Translations under genes and position numbers: made by a program
From: Waterburya sp.
Lineage (GTDB): Bacteria; Cyanobacteriota; Cyanobacteriia; Cyanobacteriales; Xenococcaceae
Length of the DNA stretch: 64,000 nt
Direction: 5' to 3'
Assembly (NCBI GenBank): GCA_965217895.1
Contig: CBDCJV010000002.1
Location: 3,552,001 to 3,616,000, forward strand
In this document: positions 20,125-31,375 of the stretch, one piece after another
How positions within the stretch are numbered: position 1 is the stretch's first letter
Layout of the letters: every line of letters begins with the position of its first letter
The notes under the pieces: model-generated
The model's input: the letters and a program-made list of their open reading frames with translations, nothing else
Database searches by the model: none
Told to the model about the DNA's origin: nothing

Positions 20125-20781
20125 ATGTTGAAACAATTACTTTCGGTATTTCTAGAATCTCGTTGTGAATTTTGTCAGCGTGCTGCTTCAAAAACTCTTT
20201 GTGCATATTGTCAAAAAAAGCTAGCTAGTTGTCGGTTAAAAGAAGAAGATCGCCTGACATCAGCTTACAATTTGCCCATTTTTGCTTGGGGTAAATATGA
20301 TGGACAATTAAAAAGAGCGATCGCTCTGATGAAATACGATAATAAACCAGAAATGGGCAGAGTATTAGGGCAATTATTAGGACAAGCATGGTTGGATAGG
20401 GGTTTGGTTAAACCTCAGCAAAAAATGACCGTCATTCCTATTCCCTTGCATAGTAAAAAGCTTAAAGATAGAGGGTTTAATCAGGCGGAAATAATTGCTA
20501 TAAGTTTTTGTCAATTAACAGGATATGGTTTAGATACAAAGAGTTTGGTTCGGGTACGGAATACGCAAGCAATGTTTAACTTAAGCCCAGAAGACAGAGT
20601 TAAAAACCTCCACAATGCTTTTCGACTAGTAGGCAAATTACCCAAACATCCTGTTTTATTGCTGGATGATATTTATACAATGGGAACTACGATTAAAGAA
20701 TCAGCTAATGTTTTACAACAACATAATATTAAAGTGATGGGTGCAGTGGTATTAGCAAAAACAATGATTGATAATCAATAA
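20125..20781 (+). CDS. comF: ComF-family phosphoribosyltransferase-like competence protein
   Basis: N-terminal CxxC..CxxC, RGFNQA, LLLDDIYTMGTT. Confidence 0.88.
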   Translation: MLKQLLSVFLESRCEFCQRAASKTLCAYCQKKLASCRLKEEDRLTSAYNLPIFAWGKYDGQLKRAIALMKYDNKPEMGRVLGQLLGQAWLDRGLVKPQQKMTVIPIPLHSKKLKDRGFNQAEIIAISFCQLTGYGLDTKSLVRVRNTQAMFNLSPEDRVKNLHNAFRLVGKLPKHPVLLLDDIYTMGTTIKESANVLQQHNIKVMGAVVLAKTMIDNQ

Positions 20782-21128
20782 CTAATAAAATATTCGTGCT
20801 AGTTTAAGACATAGAAAAGAAGTATGAAATATTAGACTAACCACTTATTTAAAGAAAGTAATTTAAAGACTTTGTAAGGGTTTGTAGTTCTGTGAGAGAA
20901 ATCACATTGCCTTTCTATTTTCTGATATAAGTAAATAGTGGATTTATTTACGTTTAAGTCTATCAGCGATCGCCCTATAAGCAATTTTCTCAAGGCGATC
21001 TTCATTCTAGGAAAAATTTAAAAATATTGATGCTGTTGAAAAATAAACTGTGGTGAAAATTTTTAACTTTGTTATCTATGGTTGAATAAATAGTGTTGTT
21101 CTCAAACAATGTTTAAATACTTTTCCTT

Positions 21129-22430
21129 ATGGCTATTTCTAATCCTAGTTTAAATTTGCATGGTGAACCCCATAAACGATCGCTTTCGGTCGATCATCAG
21201 AGTTTGAGTCAAATATTGAGTGAGCAAGAAAATATTCTAATTATTCAAGATCTTGACGGTGTATGTATGGGTTTGGTTAAAGATCCTCTGACGCGAAGAA
21301 TGGAGATTAAATATTTGCAAGCTGCTAAGTCTTTAGGCGATCGCTTTTTTGTATTAACCAACGGTGAACATATCGGCAAACGAGGCGTTAACGGCATCAT
21401 TGAAAAAGCCTTTAACAATTTAAACCAAATCAAAGAACAAGGCTTATATCTACAAGGTTTAGCTGGAGGCGGGGTACAGTGGCAAGACTGTTTTGGTAAT
21501 GTCTCTCATCCTGGAGTCAGCGATGAGGAAATGGCTTTTTTGGAGACAGTACCGCAGAAAATGGCAGATTCTTTGAGAGCAGTAGTTACACAGCCTCAAT
21601 ATGGCTTGAATCAGATGCAGATTGAGGAATGTATCCAAGCAGCAATATTAGATAATAAAGTTTCCCCTTCAGCCAACTTAAATATCTTTCACGAAACCTT
21701 TAGTCAGTCTCCTGAGCTATACGCTGAGTTGCAGCAAGAGACAAAATCTTTGATGGATAGGCTACTTCAAGAAGCACAACAAGGTTTAGCAGATTCCTTT
21801 TTCGTACATTATGCTCCCAATTTGGGTAGAGATGGTTCAGGCAAAGAAATTATGCAGCCATCTCAAGGTCAAGATTCGGGAACAACAGACTTTCAGTTTA
21901 TGCTCAGAGGAGCAATTAAAGAAGTGGGAGTTTTGGTAATTCTCAATTATTACTACTTCTTGCAAACAGGTAGCTATCCTCTGGGTAAAGATTTTAATGC
22001 TCGACAAGCTCCGAGACAACATCAAGCACTACTAAAGCTGGTTAAAGATAATTTCGATCCTGCTATCATGCCTACCATAGTGGGAGTGGGGGACACGGTA
22101 ACAAGCAAGGCAGTAGAAAATGAAAATAAGCTAGAATTTAAACGAGGTGGGAGCGATCGCGGATTTCTCGAATTGATTCAAGAATTGGGTAAAGAATTTA
22201 ACACCAACAACGTTGTAATTTATGTAGACAGCAGCGCAGGAGAGGTTAAAAATCGTCAGGCTCTTAAGTTAGATCGCTCTAATACTCAAGAAATTAAAGT
22301 CATTCAAGGTCCTGGAGATCCTAGAGATGCAGAAGATCCTTTAACTTTGAATATCGTCTTTCCTGGAGGGTATCAAGAATATGTTGATTTTTTCTGTCAG
22401 ACAGCTAAACAAAGAAAATTGGCTCAATAG
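21129..22430 (+). CDS. stpA: Glucosylglycerol-phosphate phosphatase
   Basis: IIQDLDGVCMGLVKDPL, LTNGEH, GVGDTVTS, RGGSDRGFL. Confidence 0.92.
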   Translation: MAISNPSLNLHGEPHKRSLSVDHQSLSQILSEQENILIIQDLDGVCMGLVKDPLTRRMEIKYLQAAKSLGDRFFVLTNGEHIGKRGVNGIIEKAFNNLNQIKEQGLYLQGLAGGGVQWQDCFGNVSHPGVSDEEMAFLETVPQKMADSLRAVVTQPQYGLNQMQIEECIQAAILDNKVSPSANLNIFHETFSQSPELYAELQQETKSLMDRLLQEAQQGLADSFFVHYAPNLGRDGSGKEIMQPSQGQDSGTTDFQFMLRGAIKEVGVLVILNYYYFLQTGSYPLGKDFNARQAPRQHQALLKLVKDNFDPAIMPTIVGVGDTVTSKAVENENKLEFKRGGSDRGFLELIQELGKEFNTNNVVIYVDSSAGEVKNRQALKLDRSNTQEIKVIQGPGDPRDAEDPLTLNIVFPGGYQEYVDFFCQTAKQRKLAQ

Positions 22431-22837
22431 TCAGAGGTCAGAGGTTCATTGTTAAGCTTGAGTGAATATATGGAGAAATGTTCTATTGAAGCATCTTTGA
22501 TGAAGACTACCAGACATTTATTATTGACGCTACTTTCTGCCTCAAGATCTATTTGATATTTTTTTTTAATTTTCAAATTGAGCATCTTAAACCAAAAATT
22601 TTGTTTTGGTATATAAGCAACTGGATGATGTACCGTTAGCTCCTGTTCTTTTTCTGGCTGATAATTACCTATGTCTATATCATCGTAAATATCGGTTTTT
22701 AATAATAATAAATTGACTACTATGACTCCATCACCCCAAAACTTGTGGTTTTTGAGAGCATACTCTTTTAAGAAAAACTTATTGTTAATTACAAAACTTT
22801 TATTTTTTCGTTTATTTACAGACGAGCTATGAACCAT
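22424..22837 (-). CDS. Hypothetical protein
   Basis: 137-aa ATG ORF filling the gap; no motif recognised. Confidence 0.5.
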   Translation of the reverse strand: MVHSSSVNKRKNKSFVINNKFFLKEYALKNHKFWGDGVIVVNLLLLKTDIYDDIDIGNYQPEKEQELTVHHPVAYIPKQNFWFKMLNLKIKKKYQIDLEAESSVNNKCLVVFIKDASIEHFSIYSLKLNNEPLTSDY

Positions 22838-23138
22838 GGGACATTTCCGCTGAAAATGGGTCTAAAGATATTTATTAACCTAATAATTTATTGCCCTATA
22901 ACGTTGCCTAATCTCATCTGATTAAAATCCGCCCATAAGGAATGAATACAGCTTTCAATAACCTTAAATAGTTATTAGTAAGGCGCAGAAACATGATCTT
23001 GCTATCAAGATTAACAAAAAAACTAGCTGATGCCTAGAGTAATAATCTTGAAAAACTATTGCGAGTCCTAAGTTAAATATGCAAAATTAATTAGAAAATA
23101 GTCTCAGCAATCAAACCCTAACTATTATCTACGTCTAT

Positions 23139-23705
23139 CTACTTAAAAAAATCGGTAATAACTTTTTCAATTGACCTTTCTACTCCTTTTTGAACACCGT
23201 TTACCATTATTCTTTCTATTCCAGAAGATCTTTTGGCTGATTCTCGATCGGATGAAGTAGAATTTTCTGTCTGGGTTATTTTCTCGCCAACAAACGAAAA
23301 GCTGATATCGCTTTCTCGATGATCCTGACTAGTAATATTGTTTTTATAGCTTCCTGTATAGAACTTTTGTCCTTTAAGCAATTCTATAGTTACTTCTCCT
23401 CCTTCTTGGGCGACAATCATCCCTGAATGAACAGCAGTAGTGCAGATGTCTGAATTAACGGTATAAATATTTGTTCCCCAGATAGGAGAATAAATCTGGT
23501 CTTCTGATGCAGCCTGACAATAAAAGGTGTATCTTGTGCCAATATCATCAGGCTTATCTAATCCCATACTGCTCAATCTACTACTCCAGCCAATTTCAGG
23601 AACTTCAGTATTTTGAGCATTGACTGGTTTTAAAGAAGTTATATTCATGGCGATTGTTATACCAGCAACAATAAATTTTAAGCTGTTAATTTTAAAGGTT
23701 TTCAT
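23139..23705 (-). CDS. Secreted LCCL-domain protein
   Basis: Signal peptide followed by IWGTNIYTVNSDICTTAVHSG (LCCL motif). Confidence 0.85.
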   Translation of the reverse strand: MKTFKINSLKFIVAGITIAMNITSLKPVNAQNTEVPEIGWSSRLSSMGLDKPDDIGTRYTFYCQAASEDQIYSPIWGTNIYTVNSDICTTAVHSGMIVAQEGGEVTIELLKGQKFYTGSYKNNITSQDHRESDISFSFVGEKITQTENSTSSDRESAKRSSGIERIMVNGVQKGVERSIEKVITDFFK

Positions 23706-23881
23706 AGAGCAGTTTTCCTGAAGTTATATTCAGTTTGTTTGATTAAAAAACGTATCTTATTAGCATTAATCTAAAAGAGATTAATCTGAAACTTAGGTGA
23801 ATTTAATAGCCTTTTATAATTAAAAACATCGAAACTTTATACTATTATTAACATCAATAAAGTTTTCTTTGTCAGTGATAC

Positions 23882-25378
23882 TCAGCACTTGCCAGCACGG
23901 TCTAAAATCACAGTTATTCGATCGATTGCTTGTCTTATTTTTTGGCTCGATAGCTCAGAATTATTGAGCAAAATACTAAAAACTATAGTTTGCCCTTCAG
24001 ATGTAGTTAAATATCCTGACAATGTGCCAACTCCTGTTAAGGTGCCAGTTTTGCCAATTAAATTATTTTTGATAGCAGTATCTATAAAGCGGTTTTTTAA
24101 AGTGCCGTTGACTCCAGCAATTGCTAAAGAACGACGAAAAGCTTTGTCATTAGCAGAGCGAGACATTAATCTTAATACTGTGACTAATGCTTTAGGAGTA
24201 ACCAAATTTTGACGAGACAAACCAGAGGCATCAACCAAAACATAATCCTCTGAGTTTATACCTAAGTTATTCAAGCTTTTATTGATAGCTTCAATCGGAG
24301 TTTTTACCTTTAATTCTTTAGCTAGAACACGAGCTAAAACTTCAGCAAATAAATTATTACTTTCTTGATTAGTTTTGGCTATAATTTGCTGCATCGGTAG
24401 AGAAGTAATTGCCATTAATTCAGTTTCTAGTTTATTTGAAGCGGGTTTTTTGATTACTATTCCTTGGGTAACTTTGATGTCAGATTGAGCTAAATACAGA
24501 CGGAGTGATTCTAAAAAATAATTACCAGGATCGACTATGGCTAAATTCCAAACGTCCGCAGGTTCATTAACGGCTAGCTTTCCCCTAATTTGTAAAGTAG
24601 GCTTTCCTAGATCTCCATCAATTTCAATCTCATAAGGAAGATTCACAGCCCCAGTTGTCGCCTCATTAATTACCTGCCATTGTCTAGCGGCGATCGCATC
24701 ACTCCAATAAAATTCAACTGGCTGTCCTACCTGCTGTGGTAATACAGTTAGAGTGACCGTATTTTGATTGAGAATCGTACTATTTACCGCCGTGGCAAAG
24801 TAACTATGGACATCTAACCATTCCCAAGTAGGGTTAATTGCCGGTGGCTCAAAGTAGCTATCATCGATTATTAACTTTTCGATCCGTTTGATTTTTAAGA
24901 TCTGCAACTGATGTACTATATCTTTTAGGCTTTGGCTCGATATAGTGGGATCTCCTTGTCCTTTTAGGCGCAGAGAAGTTAAATTTGGTGGATTACCCAC
25001 ACCATAAATAGGCGTACGAAAGCGATAGTCTGCACCTAATGCCGAAAGCACAGCAGCAGTCGTTAAAAGTTTGGCACTAGAGGCGGGGGTAAAGAATTTA
25101 TCTCCATTCAGGCTGTATAAAGACTCCCCATCAAGGGTTTGGACTTCAATTCCCCAACGCGATCGCCTGAACTCCGAGCGGTTAATAACATTCTCAATAG
25201 CGTTAGATAAATCTTGGTGACAAAGCCTGGAAGCATCGTCAGCTGTATTATTCTCGACACTTGACTTAAAATCTTTATCCTGTGCCAGAGTTTCTTGATT
25301 AATTGTTGATGTACCAAACAGCAGAAAAAGTAAACTAAAAAACTTCAACCACTCAAAAACTAATTTCATTGGTGGCAA
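23882..25378 (-). CDS. dacB: D-Ala-D-Ala carboxypeptidase/endopeptidase (PBP4)
   Basis: PASSAK (SxxK), SNN, KTGT, DASGLSR. Confidence 0.93.
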   Translation of the reverse strand: MPPMKLVFEWLKFFSLLFLLFGTSTINQETLAQDKDFKSSVENNTADDASRLCHQDLSNAIENVINRSEFRRSRWGIEVQTLDGESLYSLNGDKFFTPASSAKLLTTAAVLSALGADYRFRTPIYGVGNPPNLTSLRLKGQGDPTISSQSLKDIVHQLQILKIKRIEKLIIDDSYFEPPAINPTWEWLDVHSYFATAVNSTILNQNTVTLTVLPQQVGQPVEFYWSDAIAARQWQVINEATTGAVNLPYEIEIDGDLGKPTLQIRGKLAVNEPADVWNLAIVDPGNYFLESLRLYLAQSDIKVTQGIVIKKPASNKLETELMAITSLPMQQIIAKTNQESNNLFAEVLARVLAKELKVKTPIEAINKSLNNLGINSEDYVLVDASGLSRQNLVTPKALVTVLRLMSRSANDKAFRRSLAIAGVNGTLKNRFIDTAIKNNLIGKTGTLTGVGTLSGYLTTSEGQTIVFSILLNNSELSSQKIRQAIDRITVILDRAGKC

Positions 25379-25854
25379 TATAATTGAGTAACTTAAAATT
25401 CCATGATCTCTTAATCAGAAATAGTAAAAGATTCAAATTTAAAACAAAATGTTAGCCAATCTAATTTTTTCTTCAACTGCCGACGAGCAATACGCTACTA
25501 GTACCACTCCGCTTAAGTAGCGAGTAACAAGTTAGATTTCGCTACTAGTTTAAAGCTAAATAAATGACTACTTTATTTAAGCCCACATCTATTAATTAAA
25601 GAGAGATCGATGCAAGTTAGAGTGAAAAAATAAGCGATCGCGGTAAAACAAATTCTATCTTAGCTGGCTTAGACTGTCTCCCTCGATAATTCTCAACCGC
25701 TACCATTTATCAAGAAAAGGCTTTGATTACTGCACCTTTTTATCAGGGTAAAATAGGGCATCCACTATTATTTTTTGAGCAATTATTCCTCAAACTCAAA
25801 AAGATAAGTAAGTCGAGTTTGGGATTTTGCAAATTGCTATTTACTACTTCCTAC

Positions 25855-26760
25855 TTACTTTAGAGGATGATGTTTGAGCCAATGTTGAGCAAGATCCAAA
25901 CGACGGCAAATCCAAACTCGCTCATGGCTTTGAACGTAATCAATAAACCGAGCTAAAGCTGCAATACGTCCTGGTTTTCCTGCGAGCCTAGCATGAAGTC
26001 CAACTGACATCATTTTAGGTGCGGTTTCGCCTTCAGTGTATAAAACATCAAAAGCATCTTTGAGATAAGTATAGAAATCATTACCACTATTAAAACCAGG
26101 AGCAACGCAGTACTTCATGTCATTGTTATCTAAGGTGTAAGGAATTACTAAATGAGGTTTATTTTCTACTTCTACCCAGTAAGGCAAATCATCATTATAA
26201 GCATCAGAGTCATATAAAAACCCGCCTTCTTCAACTATTAAACGACGAGTATTTAAACTAGGTGCATAACGACAGTACCATCCTACAGGGCGATCGCCTG
26301 TAAGTTTTTTAAGAGAAGCTACCGCTTTTTTAATATGTTCTCTTTCTTCGGCTTCATCTAATAAATGATAGCCAATCCACCGCCAACCATGACAGCAAAT
26401 ATCATAGCCTGCCTCGACAATTGCCCTTGCTGCTGCGGGATTTCTCTCTAATGCCAAAGCCGCGCCAAAAATAGTTACCTGAATATCTTTAGCTTTAAAC
26501 AGGCGCATTAATCGCCAAAATCCTGCTCGACTGCCATATTCATAGACAGATTCTACCTGTAAGTCTCGCATTCCCTTGCCCATGGTCGAACCAGGAACTT
26601 CCCTAAGATATATTTCTGAAGTATCATCCCCGTCAGGAATTGAATATTCAGAACCTTCCTCGTAATTAAGAACTATTTGTAAAGCTATTTTGGCATCTCC
26701 TGGCCATTTCGGATGGGGTGGATTTGCACCATAACCAACTAAATCTCTGGGATAAGTCAT
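25855..26760 (-). CDS. puuE: Allantoinase PuuE (polysaccharide deacetylase fold)
   Basis: YPRDLVGYG..PPHPKWP, LNYEEG, ESVYEYGSRAGFWR, HGWRW, PKMMSVGLH. Confidence 0.9.
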   Translation of the reverse strand: MTYPRDLVGYGANPPHPKWPGDAKIALQIVLNYEEGSEYSIPDGDDTSEIYLREVPGSTMGKGMRDLQVESVYEYGSRAGFWRLMRLFKAKDIQVTIFGAALALERNPAAARAIVEAGYDICCHGWRWIGYHLLDEAEEREHIKKAVASLKKLTGDRPVGWYCRYAPSLNTRRLIVEEGGFLYDSDAYNDDLPYWVEVENKPHLVIPYTLDNNDMKYCVAPGFNSGNDFYTYLKDAFDVLYTEGETAPKMMSVGLHARLAGKPGRIAALARFIDYVQSHERVWICRRLDLAQHWLKHHPLK

Positions 26761-26825
26761 TTATCATTTAACGTTTATCATTTAACATTCAAGCAAATCA
26801 TCGATCGCTATTTGATTTAGAGTAC

Positions 26826-26860
26826 CTGTATACAGTATTCAGAAAAATAAAGCTTGGCAA
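26826..26860 (-). promoter_or_regulatory. puuE sigma70-type promoter with a palindromic operator over the -10 box
   Basis: TTGCCA-N17-TACTGT on the minus strand. The perfect palindrome CTGTATACAG at 26826-26835 overlaps the -10. Confidence 0.6.
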
Positions 26861-27001
26861 ACTTCTATGATCCTTACGCAAACAAGCTTTTGAGGCTTAA
26901 TAGTATTATGTTCGGATGTTAGCACCTAGCTTTTGAATTTATCTCAAGATAATATAAAAATATAAATAAACAGTATATTTTGTTACAGAAAGAAGAACAA
27001 T

Positions 27002-27202
27002 ATGTCTATCAACAGCAACATAACATCTAACAACCAAAACTGGAATACAGCCAAGCTAATCGGGCTTAGTGACAATTTGGGAATAGCCTACAACCCTGGA
27101 TTGAATAACTCTAAATCTGACAGAAAATCAGATGTCTGGACTACAGAAAAGTTTATCAACATGAGCAGACACTTGAGTTCTGCCTATAGCATAGATTTCT
27201 AA
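27002..27202 (+). CDS. Small hypothetical protein with an internally duplicated motif
   Basis: 66 aa containing W.T.K.I..S..L..AY twice; purine-rich leader. Confidence 0.6.
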   Translation: MSINSNITSNNQNWNTAKLIGLSDNLGIAYNPGLNNSKSDRKSDVWTTEKFINMSRHLSSAYSIDF

Positions 27203-27444
27203 TCTAAGTTTAGATCGACAAAACATTTTATTTTGCTCAAAGGAAAAATTTCTTCTGATTATGGAGGAACATTCATTATCAACAGTTAGGACAGTTTAAA
27301 ACCTCAATTTACCGTTAGCTACCTTAATCTCAAACAAGGGTCAAACACCTATTGTTTCGTTAACAATAAAATTTTGTCCGAACCATTGATTTAATAAAAA
27401 ATGATTTTGATCGCTAACAATACTCAATCCGATCTAGCTTAAAA

Positions 27445-29871
27445 TTATTTCCAATCGCTCAAAACACCATAAATACCCCAGATAGCCATCGCTCTTAAAT
27501 AATGACTGGCTCTAAAAGTACCAACCGCCGTAATTGCTTCGGGAGTGCGAAACTGTAAACCATTTTCATATACTTGCTTAATCACAGTTTCGGTTAGTTT
27601 AAACGCCTCTTCCTTCATGTCCATTTGCAGCATAAAGGCAGCTAAACCAAAGTTAATTCCTGTCCATACTTCTAGGGGATGAGTGTCATCGGGGTTGACG
27701 GGACTACCATCAGGTAATACACCATTGGCTGCGCCATACTTACCGTTATGAAACTTGAGGAAACAAGAGTCGTAGATTTTGTTCAAGGTGGATTTGGTAT
27801 ATTGTTCTTCCACTACGTCGGGTAAACCTAATAAACGAGCGTAAAACTGTCCACAGAGTTGATCTGCCATGACTACATTTGAGCCACTTTCGGTATCGAG
27901 GCGGTAGTATTCACCATTCCAGAGAGCATCGTGATAAAGCGATCGCGCCTGATGTAGCCAGCTACGATAGGTATTAAGTGTATTCTCTATACCTGCGGGA
28001 AAATAATCAAGCCGTAGGTTAGGATTTGTCGGTGGGTTGGCAATTAGTATTTCGCCGATTTTGATAGCTGCTTCTAAGGCTGCTATCCACAAACCACCAC
28101 AGTAAGCACTAACACCCTTTAGTCTCCAGTCGTCAAAGGTTTGATCGGGCGCGCCAGAGTTTTCGGGGATGCCATCGCGATCGCGGTCAAATTTCTTTAG
28201 ATATGCCAAGGTTTGAGTAATACTGTCCCAACATTCCCAGAGGAAGTTAATATCTGCGCCATCGGTTAGGACATAATCTCGATATACCTGCAGGACAAAA
28301 TCACTGGGTAAGTCTTTCCACTGGTTGCAATCTTGATAAGAAGTATAGTTAGCTTCTTCCCAAGGATGTTCGTTGGGTGCGCCGAGGTCATGGGGAGTTG
28401 CGCCACCTTCTTTCCTAATAGCACTTGAGCCATCGTAACCTACAATGCGGGGTGTATCATCGTGGTGAGGAATAGTTCTGGCAAAAGCTTCTAAGACGGA
28501 TTTATCGAGGCGCGACCAAAGCATCATTAGACCAAATGAGCCGTATAGACGCACATCTAAGCTTTCGTACCAGCGATAGTCCATACATTCCAAGACCCCA
28601 AACTGTCCTACAGGGTCGTTTTCTGTGGCTGCCGTCCAGAGAGTCCCACCGTCTGCGAGTAAATATAGCTCATTAAACAGTGCCATTTTAAACCAGTCGG
28701 GTAAGTCATCCCGTTGCAAAATAGGTTTTTGCCAAGCTGCTATTTTCTCTTTCCATAAGTCACCGTGTTTGAGAGAAGTCCTGACCATACTCCAGGCATT
28801 TTTACCGTTGCGTCCAAAAAAGTCCGTATAGCGACGAAAATAGTTAATTCCCTGCTTAAATTCGGTTACAGGCAAGTCCCAAGCCAAAGTAAAGGGAATT
28901 TGCTTAGTTTTTCCTGGTTTAATTGTAAACCGAATGGCGATCGCACAGGCAATTTGTTCCCCAGGATCGGCGGGAGTTTCGTCTTGCTGGTCAGGTAATG
29001 AACCATCGGCTGCAAAGTAATCCCAAACTTGGGAACCATCACCATCAGGATTCCAGCGACTGAGATAAAATACTTCTAGACTAGGATTAAATACAGATGC
29101 GATCGCAATTTGTCCATCTCCTTCTTGTACCTCCTCATGTGCCTGGACTCGATTCAACAAGCAACCGACTCGATAATTATCCTCAATCCATTCGTTATAG
29201 TTACCCGTACTGTCTCGCCATTTAGGCTGATATTCATATTCTGGACTACCATCATCTCGCACCTTGACTGTTGGCGATTTTATAGCATTAGTAAACCAGC
29301 CGATAACATTCTGCCAAGTGAGCATAATACTCAGGGTTATCGGCTTATCTGTTGGATTATGCACCGTCCAGTCAAAGTTAACTATCGGATAGCTAGACTC
29401 TTGATAATTTTGCGCCCAAATTGGTGAAAACTGTTCACAGGTAAGATCCGCAGTAAATACACCTTCATATTCAAACCAACTGCGAGGATATAGCGCACCG
29501 TAAGTACCTTTTTCTTGGGGATACCAAGACCAACGAGACAAGGTATCATCTTCTGGGGCTTCCGTACACAAAGCATAAGCCTGAGTCGCTGATTCTGTCT
29601 GTTCAAAGATACTAAACTGACAGGCAGGCAGAGACTTAAAGATATGCTCTCCTCCATCTAAATGCCAAAGATTAAAATCCCCTTTAGTGGATCTCCCAAT
29701 ACAGCCTGCACCCATTCCACCCAAAGGCATTCCGTGCCAAGGACCGTCATCCAAATTACTTGCATAGCGAACAGTATAGGGTTTTGACCATCCTTTTCCT
29801 ATGGGACGTTGCCAAGCACAATGAGGAATCTGAGAGTTAGGTGTCATGTACTTAAATAAGTAATTAAGCAA
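27445..29871 (-). CDS. GH116 beta-glucosidase/glucosylceramidase-like hydrolase
   Basis: GMPLGGMGAG, FGVLECMDY, PDQTFDDW, FRTPEA. The ATG near 29847 may be the true start. Confidence 0.9.
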   Translation of the reverse strand: MLNYLFKYMTPNSQIPHCAWQRPIGKGWSKPYTVRYASNLDDGPWHGMPLGGMGAGCIGRSTKGDFNLWHLDGGEHIFKSLPACQFSIFEQTESATQAYALCTEAPEDDTLSRWSWYPQEKGTYGALYPRSWFEYEGVFTADLTCEQFSPIWAQNYQESSYPIVNFDWTVHNPTDKPITLSIMLTWQNVIGWFTNAIKSPTVKVRDDGSPEYEYQPKWRDSTGNYNEWIEDNYRVGCLLNRVQAHEEVQEGDGQIAIASVFNPSLEVFYLSRWNPDGDGSQVWDYFAADGSLPDQQDETPADPGEQIACAIAIRFTIKPGKTKQIPFTLAWDLPVTEFKQGINYFRRYTDFFGRNGKNAWSMVRTSLKHGDLWKEKIAAWQKPILQRDDLPDWFKMALFNELYLLADGGTLWTAATENDPVGQFGVLECMDYRWYESLDVRLYGSFGLMMLWSRLDKSVLEAFARTIPHHDDTPRIVGYDGSSAIRKEGGATPHDLGAPNEHPWEEANYTSYQDCNQWKDLPSDFVLQVYRDYVLTDGADINFLWECWDSITQTLAYLKKFDRDRDGIPENSGAPDQTFDDWRLKGVSAYCGGLWIAALEAAIKIGEILIANPPTNPNLRLDYFPAGIENTLNTYRSWLHQARSLYHDALWNGEYYRLDTESGSNVVMADQLCGQFYARLLGLPDVVEEQYTKSTLNKIYDSCFLKFHNGKYGAANGVLPDGSPVNPDDTHPLEVWTGINFGLAAFMLQMDMKEEAFKLTETVIKQVYENGLQFRTPEAITAVGTFRASHYLRAMAIWGIYGVLSDWK

Positions 29872-30071
29872 AATTCAGGATAACAGTTAAATCCTTGATT
29901 AACCAGAATATCTTTTAATTTGATGCTCGAATTAAAAAATAGCTAAATTATTATTAATAAATTTTGCCGATTCAGCAAGATATTATTGTTACATCAACCT
30001 GGTTGTGGTGCGATTACACCCAATTGAGATAGTCTGAGGAAGACAGTTTTTTTCTATTTTTTTATAACCTG

Positions 30072-31106
30072 ATGACCGCTATAAATACTAATTCAACTAA
30101 TAAATCTCAACCTTCAAATCCTCCTGCTGACTCCAAAGAACAAGTTAGCCAGTTTATGAAACAGCTACAGGACGAAATTTGTGCTGGCTTAGAAGAAGTT
30201 GATGGCAAAGGAAAATTTAAAGAAGATAGCTGGGAGAGAGAAGAAGGCGGTGGTGGGCGATCGCGTATATTAACCGATGGAAGTATTTTAGAACAGGGCG
30301 GAGTAAATTTTTCTGAAGTATGGGGAAGCCATTTACCCCCTTCCATTCTTAAACAACGACCTGAAGCCGAAGGACATGGTTTTTATGCTACAGGAACGTC
30401 AATGGTATTGCATCCCCGCAGCCCCTATATTCCTACGGTTCACCTCAACTTCCGTTACTTTGAAGCTGGTCCAGTTTGGTGGTTTGGTGGCGGTGTCGAT
30501 TTAACCCCTTACTATCCTTTCGCCGAAGATGCGGCACACTTCCATCGTACCCTAAAAGCAAGTTGCGATCGCCATCATCCTGAATATCATCCTGTATTTA
30601 AATACTGGTGTGACGAATATTTTTATCTCAAGCATCGCCAAGAAACTAGAGGGGTAGGCGGATTATTTTTTGATTATCAAGATGGTACGGGCAAACTTTA
30701 CAAAGGGCCTCATCCTGATAAAGCAGCAGCAGCCCATAGCGATAAACTAGGAGAAATAGAACATCGCAGTTGGGATGACATTTTTAGCTTTATTCAAGAC
30801 TGCGGTAAAAGCTTCTTACCTGCTTATCTGCCAATTATCCAAAGGCGTAAAGATCTAGAATATGGTGAGCGAGAAAGAAACTTTCAGCTATACCGTCGCG
30901 GACGCTATGTAGAGTTTAATTTGGTCTACGATCGCGGTACTATTTTTGGACTGCAAACCAATGGACGTACTGAGTCAATTCTTATGTCTTTACCTCCTTT
31001 AGTTCGTTGGCAATATAATTATCAGCCCGAACCAAATAGTCCTGAAGCTGAACTATACGAAACTTTTCTTAAGCCTCAAGACTGGGTAAATTGGCAAGCT
31101 TCTTAA
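30072..31106 (+). CDS. hemF: Oxygen-dependent coproporphyrinogen III oxidase
   Basis: [33 protein letters not shown]. Confidence 0.97.
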   Translation: MTAINTNSTNKSQPSNPPADSKEQVSQFMKQLQDEICAGLEEVDGKGKFKEDSWEREEGGGGRSRILTDGSILEQGGVNFSEVWGSHLPPSILKQRPEAEGHGFYATGTSMVLHPRSPYIPTVHLNFRYFEAGPVWWFGGGVDLTPYYPFAEDAAHFHRTLKASCDRHHPEYHPVFKYWCDEYFYLKHRQETRGVGGLFFDYQDGTGKLYKGPHPDKAAAAHSDKLGEIEHRSWDDIFSFIQDCGKSFLPAYLPIIQRRKDLEYGERERNFQLYRRGRYVEFNLVYDRGTIFGLQTNGRTESILMSLPPLVRWQYNYQPEPNSPEAELYETFLKPQDWVNWQAS

Positions 31107-31111
31107 AAATT

Positions 31112-31181
31112 AAGTTTGTAGTTTGTAGTTTGTAGTTTGTAGTTTTTTACACCTACCTACTACCTACTACCTACTACCTAG
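31112..31181. repeat. Short tandem heptamer repeats (STRR)
   Basis: (AGTTTGT)n followed by (CTACTAC/TACCTAC)n. Similar tracts occur near 8040, 16182 and 31480-31545. Confidence 0.75.
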
Positions 31182-31198
31182 TAAATGATAATTAAAGC

Positions 31199-31375
31199 TT
31201 ACATTAAACCAAGCCAGGCTAAAAGACCTTTTCCTGTTACGTATTCAATGATAATAATCGCTGCAAATCCAACCATGGCAGCACGAGAATTTAAACGTTC
31301 TGCATAGGAGTTGAAGCCAAATTTAGGCTCTTCTAACTCAGGTGTGACGCTAGGTGTAATATCTTCAGTTTTCAT
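31199..31375 (-). CDS. hli: High-light-inducible protein (Hlip/SCP), missing from the ORF track
   Basis: 58 aa: MKTEDITPSVTPELEEPKFGFNSYAERLNSRAAMVGF..., with the ExxNxR chlorophyll-binding motif. Confidence 0.93.
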   Translation of the reverse strand: MKTEDITPSVTPELEEPKFGFNSYAERLNSRAAMVGFAAIIIIEYVTGKGLLAWLGLM

